Part shown: piece after piece, positions 1 through 7,730 of the stretch
How the letters are laid out: each line of letters opens with the position of its first letter
How positions within the stretch are numbered: position 1 is the stretch's first letter
IMG/VR virus record: IMGVR_UViG_3300029822_001161
Coordinates: 1 to 37,446 of that record
Length of the DNA: 37,446 bases
Source: a virus
Lineage: Duplodnaviria; Caudoviricetes
Direction: 5' to 3' (one strand)
Translations under genes and position numbers: made by a program
Notes under the pieces: model-generated
What the model was told of the DNA's origin: nothing
The model's input: the letters and a program-made list of their open reading frames with translations, nothing else
Databases searched by the model: none

Positions 1-1194
1 TTATGCGGGTTCCGGAGTTTTACCGGAGCCCGTTTTTTGTTTTGGGACAACAGTTAGGACAACAGTTCGCTTTAAAAGCCTGCATTTTAGCGGCTCTTTG
101 CTTAGTGTATCATGCAGTTTATTCATGGCCTCGTTCTCTAATGCCGGCATAACATGGCTGTAAGTATTCATGGAAACACCGATGCTGCTGTGGCCGAGTA
201 TAGCCATTATCAGCCGCTGGCTCTCACCCAGTGCAAGCAGCAGAGAGGCGCAGGAATGCCGTAAATCGTGGAAACGTATCTTGGGAAGCTTAGCGGTCTT
301 TAAAACGCTCCTGAGCGCGCGCAGGACGTTGTTGGCGTTGTATGACGTGCCGGCAGAGGTCAGGAACACAAGGTCATCATCTGCGGGCTTTACAGCCAGG
401 CTATCGCGGCGACGTTGAAGCGCCTCTTTACAGAACTTTGGTAGAGGAAGAGTGCGCCGGCTGCGGCCTGTTTTTGTTTCTCCGATGACGCGTTCATTGC
501 CGATGTTCTGTAGTGTCTGCACGACCTTGATGGTGCCGGATCGGAAATCCACATCACACCAGCGCAGGCCCAGGGCTTCGCCCAAGCGCAGCCCTACGCC
601 AATACCAAGGCAGAAGAGTGCGTCCAGGCTATGGGTGCGTGCTGCCCTTATGAAGCGTCGTGATTGCCTCACATCAAGGTATGTGGTCTCTTTGAAGGGG
701 ATACGAGGCACGGTTACCATCTGAGCGACGTTACGGTCCAGCTTGCCCCGTTTAACGGCTTCTGCAAGGGCAGAGGAGAGGACGGCGCGGACATAGCGCA
801 CAGTTCCCGGAGCCTGGTCTATATTATTGAGCATGGTCTGGACCTGATCCGGTGTGACCTTATCGATCAGCAAATCGCCCAGTGCCGGCAGAATGTATAT
901 CTCAATTACGCCTTTATAGCGCTGTAGCGTCAATGGACGCAGCTTCTTTGATGCAATCTCACTGAACCAATAGTTTATATACTCCTGGAGCGTTTGTCCG
1001 GAGGAGGTGTCGTTGGCGTTGACGGCATCGAGGAGCTGGCGCAGGATCTCCTTAGCTGTATCACGATCCTTCTTGTCGCGGTCTTTACGGTATTTATATA
1101 TACGGCGGCCGTCGAGTGTTGTTGCGGTGATTACCCATCGTTTCCTAGTGTCATCATAGGTCAGGCCGCCTTCGTTATTGTCTCTGCGTCTCAT
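1..1194 (-). CDS. int: Tyrosine recombinase / phage integrase
   Basis: Catalytic motifs GLRLGE (R), TKT (K), HDLRH, LGH and NTYSH (Y); N-terminal arm-binding-like segment. Confidence 0.96.
   Translation of the reverse strand: MRRRDNNEGGLTYDDTRKRWVITATTLDGRRIYKYRKDRDKKDRDTAKEILRQLLDAVNANDTSSGQTLQEYINYWFSEIASKKLRPLTLQRYKGVIEIYILPALGDLLIDKVTPDQVQTMLNNIDQAPGTVRYVRAVLSSALAEAVKRGKLDRNVAQMVTVPRIPFKETTYLDVRQSRRFIRAARTHSLDALFCLGIGVGLRLGEALGLRWCDVDFRSGTIKVVQTLQNIGNERVIGETKTGRSRRTLPLPKFCKEALQRRRDSLAVKPADDDLVFLTSAGTSYNANNVLRALRSVLKTAKLPKIRFHDLRHSCASLLLALGESQRLIMAILGHSSIGVSMNTYSHVMPALENEAMNKLHDTLSKEPLKCRLLKRTVVLTVVPKQKTGSGKTPEPA
5..43 (+). terminator. Intrinsic terminator for transcription entering from the left flank
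   Basis: GCGGGTTCCGG (5-15) pairs with CCGGAGCCCGT (23-33), followed by TTTTTGTTTT. Confidence 0.65.
45..67. repeat. Tandem 11-bp direct repeat, probable integrase arm-type sites
   Basis: GGACAACAGTT at 45-55 and 57-67, at the 3' end of int. Confidence 0.55.
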
Positions 1195-1233
1195 AGGTAT
1201 CTTCTGTCCTTCGGTATACGTAGACGATCATTT

Positions 1234-2520
1234 TCAGGCGTATACTTTGTTTAGTCTTTCCTTAAGTGCTTCGGCTATCGTTTTATATGCAATAGTCTTC
1301 CTGCTGCCTCCAGTATGAGTCCGTCCTTCGCGATCAGTCCATTCTCCAAACCGAATAATATCTTCCCCGGAATACCGGCAAATCGATTTTATAACGGAAG
1401 GATCTGCTGATAACACTGATGCAATCTCTCTGATTGTGGGGTGGTCCGGGTTATCAATGGGATTCTCTTTCTTGCGGCCCACGATATCTATACACACATG
1501 ATATGCAAACCAGGAAACGAGATCCTGCTCTTTTCCTTCTCTGCAGAGAGCATAAAAAATATTATTATAAATCCATTTTTTACCGGTGAATCTGGTAAAT
1601 CTTGCTTCATGTTTTTTCGCGTAAGACCTTTCTATCTCCGATGAAGGTTCGTCTTTATCCTCATGGACAGATATCAGATCCGTTACTTCTTCCTTTATGG
1701 CGTCTTCCGGTATTTTAATGCGGAGATGCCTGGCGTAGGCAAGTTGACGTTCTGTAGGCGGATCATGAGGTATTTGAGTAATGCTATCAACTATTGTGCC
1801 GTCAGCATCAGCCAGAGCTCTAGCATGTTCTTCGTTCCATGCAGTGTAAACATGTTTACGCTTTCGCCCGGTGTCCCGGCCGGTACCTTGAATTTTAAAA
1901 TATGATCTCAGATTATTTTCAGCTTTGCCTGTGTTCTCAGGCTCTGCAATATACTCGGGCGCTGGGTAATCTTCGGTTACAATTTGCATTCTCTCGATCA
2001 AGAAAGTTTTCTCCATATCAGATGCTAAATCCCGGGCATGGATTCTCCAGTGGTTAACTACTGTTGTAGGAATTAGTTGTCGTTTTGTTCCGGGCTGGCT
2101 GCCTCCGTAATATAGAACCGTGACTGCTTTACCCTTTTCGGCAGCAGTCTGCAGGTATGCCTCAATGGCTTCTTTATCGGTGGCGATTACATTGTCACCA
2201 GTGATACGGGGGATGCATGGCTCTTGTTCTACTCTTGCTCTCTTTTTGTTATTGAATGCTAATGATAGCGGTATAACTACGGCTGAAATCACTATAGCTA
2301 TTACCTTACCGATGTTCCCGAGCTTAAAAAAGAGGATAAAGAAGGAGATGGAGCCTAAGCAAATGTGTATAAAAAGGATCTCGCCTCTAGTAAGTGTTTG
2401 TTGGAATCCTTTTTCAAACCATGTGCTAATGACATCTGGGTTTTTATTTCCAATTATGATGCAGATAAGAGAAAGGCCGAACATGATACCAAGGCAATCT
2501 ACTATAAGGAATTCAAACAT
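1234..2520 (-). CDS. Membrane-anchored protein with WYL-like domain (immunity-operon accessory gene)
   Basis: About three hydrophobic segments in the first 90 aa; AAEKGKAVTVLYYGGSQPGTKRQLIP...KTFLIERMQ resembles the WYL pattern; GGAG SD; start lies 10 nt from the repressor stop. Confidence 0.7.
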   Translation of the reverse strand: MFEFLIVDCLGIMFGLSLICIIIGNKNPDVISTWFEKGFQQTLTRGEILFIHICLGSISFFILFFKLGNIGKVIAIVISAVVIPLSLAFNNKKRARVEQEPCIPRITGDNVIATDKEAIEAYLQTAAEKGKAVTVLYYGGSQPGTKRQLIPTTVVNHWRIHARDLASDMEKTFLIERMQIVTEDYPAPEYIAEPENTGKAENNLRSYFKIQGTGRDTGRKRKHVYTAWNEEHARALADADGTIVDSITQIPHDPPTERQLAYARHLRIKIPEDAIKEEVTDLISVHEDKDEPSSEIERSYAKKHEARFTRFTGKKWIYNNIFYALCREGKEQDLVSWFAYHVCIDIVGRKKENPIDNPDHPTIREIASVLSADPSVIKSICRYSGEDIIRFGEWTDREGRTHTGGSRKTIAYKTIAEALKERLNKVYA

Positions 2521-2529
2521 ATCACTCTC

Positions 2530-3321
2530 CTAATGCTTCTTGGGTTTCCCGTTTATCTCAGAAGAGGGCCGCATCAACGCCCTATACATAACGCCTTTAA
2601 TAACGCCCATGACGCCGATCTCCTTGCCGGAGATGTCCTGGTATTTAGGGTTGGCGGCTCGCAGAACGGTGACGCCGTCATATTTGTAATAGGTTTTAAG
2701 GGTTACTTCATCATCCACACTAGCAACGACGTGAGCGCCGTTGTAGGCTTCTGGGGTCTCTTTAACAACTACGACATCGCCATCGTTGTAATATGGTTCC
2801 ATGGAGTCACCATGGACCGTTAATGCGTAATCAGCATCAGCGCTAGCAGGTATAGGCAACATCTCTTCGGCGTGCTGGATAGCTTCGTGCAGTTCGCCGG
2901 CATGGATCCGGCCGAGGATTGGTATGAGCTTGAACTTATCGAGAGGGATATAGCCGGGGTGTTTGGTGATGTCAAACTCTTTCTCGGCACACTCTTCGAC
3001 CTTTTCCTCGATCTGATCTTCTTCCACCTCAATCTTTTTAAGCATATCCTTGATCTCTTCGAGGGTGGCCTTCTTTTCAAGTTCAGCTTGTGCTTTTTCA
3101 TCGAAAGGTTTCTCGGATAGAAAATAGGTTATAGGTTTACGAAGTACTTCTGCTACTTTATGGAGGTCTTCTATGGATATTCTCCGTTTTGCATTTTCGA
3201 AGTTTGTTACAGACGGTGCAGAAAAACCGATAGCTTCGGCGAGATCAGCCTGGCTCAGTCCACGTTCTTCACGAGCTTGTCTGATTCTACTGCCTATTAA
3301 TTTATACATACTATCGGTCAT
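2530..3321 (-). CDS. CI/LexA-like repressor (XRE HTH plus S24 peptidase)
   Basis: HTH LSQADLAEAIGFSAPSVTNFE; Ala-Gly cleavage site RIHAG; catalytic Ser in GDSM and Lys in TLK. Confidence 0.95.
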   Translation of the reverse strand: MTDSMYKLIGSRIRQAREERGLSQADLAEAIGFSAPSVTNFENAKRRISIEDLHKVAEVLRKPITYFLSEKPFDEKAQAELEKKATLEEIKDMLKKIEVEEDQIEEKVEECAEKEFDITKHPGYIPLDKFKLIPILGRIHAGELHEAIQHAEEMLPIPASADADYALTVHGDSMEPYYNDGDVVVVKETPEAYNGAHVVASVDDEVTLKTYYKYDGVTVLRAANPKYQDISGKEIGVMGVIKGVMYRALMRPSSEINGKPKKH

Positions 3322-3350
3322 CGCAAACCCTACCTTACGCTAAGTAACTA

Positions 3351-3379
3351 ACTATACTAAAATATTAACACATTTTGAA
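3351..3379 (-). promoter_or_regulatory. Putative repressor promoter
   Basis: Minus strand TTCAAA-17 bp-TATAGT upstream of the repressor. Confidence 0.5.
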
Positions 3380-3398
3380 AAGATGTTTTAAAAATCAT

Positions 3399-3427
3399 TT
3401 GACTTTTACATTTCAATTTGTTATTGT
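3399..3427 (+). promoter_or_regulatory. Putative early lytic promoter
   Basis: TTGACT (3399-3404), 17 bp, TATTGT (3422-3427), with extended -10 TG. Confidence 0.7.
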
Positions 3428-3486
3428 CTAAGTGTCGATTAAGCAATCGCTTATTTTTTTATCTATATAGTGCCAAATTGAAATGT
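3408..3486. promoter_or_regulatory. Candidate operators: 13-bp inverted pair
   Basis: ACATTTCAATTTG (3408-3420, in the promoter spacer) and its exact reverse complement CAAATTGAAATGT (3474-3486). Confidence 0.6.
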
Positions 3487-3504
3487 GGGCGGTGTCTTAC
3501 AGTA

Positions 3505-3735
3505 ATGATTAAGAAAAAGACCAAGACCATGAAAGCAATAGAAGCTCGGTATGGCGGTAAGCCGATTGAGGAGCTTATCCGGCGCTACTACTACGAAGAC
3601 GGTATGACCATGCAACAACTGGCAGACCTCTTTGAAGTGAACGTTGGAACGCTGTGTCTCTGGTTTATGCGCTTCGGACTGGAGGCACGACGCTGGACGC
3701 TACCGGCACAGGATAAGGAGGCATCCAATGCCTAA
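3505..3735 (+). CDS. Cro-like HTH protein
   Basis: MTMQQLADLFEVNVGTLCLW HTH; divergent from the repressor; ATG 3505 lies downstream of the promoter. Confidence 0.8.
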   Translation: MIKKKTKTMKAIEARYGGKPIEELIRRYYYEDGMTMQQLADLFEVNVGTLCLWFMRFGLEARRWTLPAQDKEASNA

Positions 3736-4018
3736 GGAGAGATTGCTCACCATCGAAGAAGCTGCAGAATTCTTCCAGACCAGTCCCAGCACTGTGCGTC
3801 GCCTGGTAAAGCATGGCCTTCCGTTTGTCCGGCTGATAAAGCAGCTACGTTTCCGGCAATACGATCTGGAGCAATGGGTAGCAGCAAACGTCCGGAGAGG
3901 CACCGCTCAGAGCATAAATCTATCCATCATCGATAAGACCAAAGTTCCCAGCGCATATATGACTGATAGCACTACGATGCTTCGGCCGCGGGCACCCAGG
4001 ACAGCGGCTCGTAGATAG
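3728..4018 (+). CDS. Excisionase-like (HTH_17/MerR-type) DNA-binding protein
   Basis: LLTIEEAAEFFQTSPSTVRRLVKHGLPFVR...RFRQYDLEQW; AAGGAGG SD. Confidence 0.85.
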   Translation: MPKERLLTIEEAAEFFQTSPSTVRRLVKHGLPFVRLIKQLRFRQYDLEQWVAANVRRGTAQSINLSIIDKTKVPSAYMTDSTTMLRPRAPRTAARR

Positions 4019-4040
4019 ATTACTGAGAGAGGTGATCATT

Positions 4041-4658
4041 ATGTCTTGTCAGGTAACAGCGGTGGAGAGAGAGTCACAGCATTGCCCGGGAACGGATACC
4101 AACATCGGGAGCAGGTATTGTGACACGGAGGGGGTATGCCCCTTTAACAATCGATGCCGGACCGAGAGGGAGCTGAAAACGATTGCCGCCTATCATGTGA
4201 GGCAGCGGATGGAGGTGATCCTATCATCCGGAGATGGCATCGATGGGTTCTCACTTCACGAAGCCCTGATGGTGGCGACGTCTTTGACGCAGCAGGAAAC
4301 GGATGCCGGTTGGGAGAGATCCTTGGCAGCAGTTACCCATGCAGCACAGGCATTTGCAGCACATTGCGAGGAGTGCATTCACGCTTGTATCGGACGGCAG
4401 CTTGGAGATGCTCTGCGGCAGAGGAATAGTCTGGAGATGCATACGGTCCGGAGCGGTAACCTGGTGGTGTCATTTATTCGCTCTGAGACTATGCCTTCGC
4501 CGGATGTGCATCCTGCCGGTACGGGCCGGGTGACGTTGAGAGAGTTGGAGAAGTTCGAGCGTAATGTTCTGAATTCAGCCGATCTTCCGGAAGATCAACG
4601 GGTTATAGATATGGCTATCTCAAAGATCAACCGCCAGATCCGGCAGGCCAGTATATAA
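4041..4658 (+). CDS. Hypothetical Cys-rich protein
   Basis: ORF in the early operon with GAGGTG SD; no family recognised. Confidence 0.65.
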   Translation: MSCQVTAVERESQHCPGTDTNIGSRYCDTEGVCPFNNRCRTERELKTIAAYHVRQRMEVILSSGDGIDGFSLHEALMVATSLTQQETDAGWERSLAAVTHAAQAFAAHCEECIHACIGRQLGDALRQRNSLEMHTVRSGNLVVSFIRSETMPSPDVHPAGTGRVTLRELEKFERNVLNSADLPEDQRVIDMAISKINRQIRQASI

Positions 4659-4680
4659 ATCCAGGGGGGGAAGTTAACGT

Positions 4681-5778
4681 ATGAAGATCACTGTTAATCC
4701 ACGGAAGTTACGTGCTGCAGTATCACAGGCAAGGAGAGCTTTGCCCGTGTATCCTGATAAACCAGCCGATGAATGCATAGTGATACATGCCGGCTATGGC
4801 AGCGTGTCCGTATATGCCGAGGGAAAGCATTTTAGGACTGTTGTAAGGATACCTGATGCAGCGATCGAAGAAGAAGGTTTCGTAACCGTCACAGGTAAAA
4901 AGATGGATAATGTCCTGAAGGCGTTTGAAAAGACGGTCTCTATCTCAGGACCATGTGATACCGACAGCAACGCTAAGGAGATTATCCTATCCTCTGACGG
5001 GTGCGAATATGCTCTTCCGCATGTAGATATCGAGATGCAGCATGATTTCATGCCGGGGTTTGCAACTCCGGCCATTGGAGAGATCAACGCCGATATTATT
5101 TCACGTGTAATATATGCCGCTGCTTCTGATGAAGTAAAGAATATCGCTTTGCAGGGAATAAGGTTCTCAGGGGAGGCGATAGTAGCCACAAACGGGCAGC
5201 GCTTGGCATGCTATGATTTTCCTCTTTCCGTTCCTGTTGCATTTACCATTCATCGCAATGTGCTGACGGAGGTGTCGAGTTTAGGCCAGGCAACTATACG
5301 GGCTATCGTTGGTGATGATCCATTGAAGGAGGTTACCTTTACCTCCGGTAACATAGGCATAGCCTGTAATCCTATAGACCGTGGGTATCCAGATTATCAG
5401 AGGATCGCGCCGGCAGAAGGATTCAAACAGCATATTACAGTCAAACGGTGGCCTTTGTTACGTGCTCTCCTTGGCGCTGCTGCAATATGCGACCAGGATA
5501 CGCGTGTAGTCCGCCTGACATTCTCCGATGAGGTTGTAATCTCCACTACGGATGTTGATTTTGGCAGGATGGTAGAGGCAATACCGCTTGTCACTCCTGT
5601 TAATGATCTACAAGAGGCCTTTTATTTCAACGTCAGTTACCTGACAGACATAATAAGCCACGTTAAATCCAAAGAAGTGGTTTTTCGTCTATGCGAACCT
5701 AATAAGGTTGCCATGCTCCGGGATGGAGATTATGGATACTGTTTCGTAATGCCAATTAGACAGCAGGAAGGGAGGTGA
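4681..5778 (+). CDS. dnaN: DNA polymerase III beta sliding clamp homolog
   Basis: 365 aa; VATNGQRLA, GYPDYQRI, FNVSYLTD and C-terminal VMPIR match beta-clamp motifs. Confidence 0.88.
   Translation: MKITVNPRKLRAAVSQARRALPVYPDKPADECIVIHAGYGSVSVYAEGKHFRTVVRIPDAAIEEEGFVTVTGKKMDNVLKAFEKTVSISGPCDTDSNAKEIILSSDGCEYALPHVDIEMQHDFMPGFATPAIGEINADIISRVIYAAASDEVKNIALQGIRFSGEAIVATNGQRLACYDFPLSVPVAFTIHRNVLTEVSSLGQATIRAIVGDDPLKEVTFTSGNIGIACNPIDRGYPDYQRIAPAEGFKQHITVKRWPLLRALLGAAAICDQDTRVVRLTFSDEVVISTTDVDFGRMVEAIPLVTPVNDLQEAFYFNVSYLTDIISHVKSKEVVFRLCEPNKVAMLRDGDYGYCFVMPIRQQEGR
5097..5112. promoter_or_regulatory. parS/NBS-like 16-bp palindrome, copy 1 (inside dnaN)
   Basis: TATTTCACGTGTAATA. Confidence 0.45.
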
Positions 5779-6215
5779 TACGGATGGACACGATGACATT
5801 GCCAATGAGAGGGCGTCCTGAGAGCCAGCGATCGGCTGATATCCGGGAGAACATGGAGGTGCAGTCTACGTTGTTGGAGGAGATCGAGAGGCTGGGAGCC
5901 CTGAAAAAGTATTCCAGGCACAACCTGGAGATGGATCTGGCTGATAACGAGCCGCAGAGACTGGTAATTAAGTCTCTGGAAGATTACCTGGAGACAACTA
6001 CGGATCCGGAGAATAGGCGTAACCTGGAGATCCATATAGCTAACTTAAAGAAAGCCTATGATGCAGATCTGCGTGATGACCAGCTCAAATATGATGCGGT
6101 CATGGCCATTGAGAGGGCACATAGGCAAGGGCTGCAGGAAGTGGAGGAGCTGCGGACCAGAAACCGGATACTGGAGAATAGGCCGGGAAAAGAAACGAGC
6201 CCCTGCCAGGCATAG
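5775..6215 (+). CDS. Hypothetical coiled-coil protein
   Basis: Helical, charged ORF; GGAGGTG SD (start may be ATG 5784). Confidence 0.7.
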   Translation: MIRMDTMTLPMRGRPESQRSADIRENMEVQSTLLEEIERLGALKKYSRHNLEMDLADNEPQRLVIKSLEDYLETTTDPENRRNLEIHIANLKKAYDADLRDDQLKYDAVMAIERAHRQGLQEVEELRTRNRILENRPGKETSPCQA

Positions 6216-6225
6216 CAAGGGGCTC
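6188..6225 (-). terminator. Minus-strand intrinsic terminator
   Basis: Stem GAGCCCCTGC/GCAAGGGGCTC (6197-6225); reads GTTTCTTTT after the stem on the minus strand. Confidence 0.55.
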
Positions 6226-6369
6226 AGAAACTCAACAGTCTTATTTTAGCACATCGAGGAGCTTGAGAACAACAGTCTTCCCGGGAGACCGGAGAAGTAG
6301 CACGGCTGCCGCTTTACCATAGTAGCGTAACTCTACCATCCCCAATGGTAAAACCCTGCTACTGGCGGC

Positions 6370-6475
6370 GGCCAACATGGGAGCAGAACGAATTGCAGCA
6401 CACCCTTAAAGAGGACGGCTGAATGGCGGTGGAAACAGTCTTGGGTATGGTGATCGCCGCCCTGCTCCCTTACCA
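6370..6475 (+). ncRNA. Structured RNA element, copy A
   Basis: Closing stem GGGAGCAG (6379-6386)/CTGCTCCC (6462-6469); end sequences shared with copy B. Confidence 0.45.
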
Positions 6476-6502
6476 CAACTAAGTTTGAGAGGAGTTACAG
6501 AT

Positions 6503-6769
6503 ATGAGAAGAGGGTCTACCTTTGATATTACTGCATGGAACAACGACCATCCTGTAGGCGAGGAGTGCGCCTATTTCCCGATACTCGGTATACATGAGGA
6601 CGGGAAGCGTACGCTGTTGAAATCGGAAGCATTTATGGCCAGCAGTGGAGACCCCGTCGTTTTTGTGCAGGGGATCAGCGGTTATGTTTCCTGTAAACAC
6701 CTGGTATTCAAGCCTCAATTGGAGGACCGTAATCCTACCTGGAACGATAAATTCGAACACAGGTGGTAA
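6503..6769 (+). CDS. Hypothetical phage protein
   Basis: GAGAGGAG SD then ATG 6503; lies between the two RNA elements. Confidence 0.75.
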   Translation: MRRGSTFDITAWNNDHPVGEECAYFPILGIHEDGKRTLLKSEAFMASSGDPVVFVQGISGYVSCKHLVFKPQLEDRNPTWNDKFEHRW

Positions 6770-6771
6770 GA

Positions 6772-6916
6772 GGCCAACGTGGGAGCGGCGGTGTGGAAAG
6801 TCGCAGACACCGGGCACGGCCGAAAGACCCCTCCGTGCTGCTGTAGGCAAAGCCTGACTAGGGGTAGTAGGGCAGTTAATTGCAAGCCGGGGTAGCGTCC
6901 GGTCCGCTCCCTTACC
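6772..6916 (+). ncRNA. Structured tRNA-like RNA element, copy B
   Basis: Five stems readable by eye, including an acceptor-like and a T-arm-like stem, plus a possible pseudoknot. Confidence 0.6.
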
Positions 6917-6941
6917 CTACAAAACGAGAGGAGATATTATT

Positions 6942-7205
6942 ATGCCGAAGAGAGAAGTTCAAGTCATAGAATGCAAGTCAATGACATTACTGCCGCCACA
7001 CCCTGATGTATGTCAAGAGTGTGCAACAGACCATCATCCATCGATGCCTCACAACCAGCAGAGCCTGTATTACCAGATGAAGTTCCATATGGAGCATGGG
7101 CGCTGCCCTACGTGGAAAGATGCCATGGCTCACTGTAGCGATGAGATGAAGGCGTTGTGGATTCAGGGCTTACGAGAGAAGGGTGTTGAGATTGAGGAGG
7201 ATTAA
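6942..7205 (+). CDS. Hypothetical Cys/His-containing phage protein
   Basis: GAGAGGAG SD; CQEC...H...H pattern. Confidence 0.8.
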   Translation: MPKREVQVIECKSMTLLPPHPDVCQECATDHHPSMPHNQQSLYYQMKFHMEHGRCPTWKDAMAHCSDEMKALWIQGLREKGVEIEED

Positions 7206-7584
7206 TCTTTCCGCCCTGGAGCACAAGCGCTTGTTGGCTGCAGCGCGGGAGAGGGATGAGTATAAGCGGCTGTTGGAGGAGCAGGGTAAGGACCTGGATG
7301 AACTCCGCTTTCTGGAATGCCCTGAGTGTCACCGGCCGATGCCGGCAGATGGTAAGTGTCGAAGCTGTGAGAGCGACGTGGTGATCAAGCGCCTGAAGGT
7401 ATGGATCAGGGTATACAAGGCAGCACTCTATGAGATGGCAGATGAGTTTGATAAAAACAGACGTCGGTGCTATGAGAGGATGTGCCGTAAGTATCGAGAT
7501 GATTGCACTATCTGCACAGCCGCAAAGTTCATGACATCGGCCAAGGAGACGGTCGAGAAGCAACTCAAGCGAGGGGGACGGTGA
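7183..7584 (+). CDS. Hypothetical protein with zinc-ribbon-like CxxC pairs
   Basis: CPEC...CRSC and CTIC; start uncertain. Confidence 0.65.
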   Translation: MLRLRRINLSALEHKRLLAAARERDEYKRLLEEQGKDLDELRFLECPECHRPMPADGKCRSCESDVVIKRLKVWIRVYKAALYEMADEFDKNRRRCYERMCRKYRDDCTICTAAKFMTSAKETVEKQLKRGGR

Positions 7585-7730
7585 TTATAATGAGTGATCG
7601 AATGGCGGGGACTCTATTTTTTATCGGCGTTATGGTGGCCCTTTACGTGATTGGAACATTTGTTCCTGATCCTCCATGGATCAAGCCTGCAGGTAACACG
7701 GTAACGACGGTATGTGAGGCTGATAGATGA
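7581..7730 (+). CDS. Small single-pass membrane protein
   Basis: TLFFIGVMVALYVIGTFV; overlaps both neighbours; start GTG 7581 or ATG 7590. Confidence 0.55.
   Translation: MIIMSDRMAGTLFFIGVMVALYVIGTFVPDPPWIKPAGNTVTTVCEADR

Noticed and set aside
3418-3504. Upstream TTG start for the Cro-like ORF given in the track
   Set aside because: It falls inside the predicted promoter; ATG 3505 has an SD-like sequence and fits better.
6370-6916. Canonical tRNA genes or a CRISPR array
   Set aside because: No TTCGA T-loop or anticodon arm; only two bipartite repeats with no regular repeat-spacer period.
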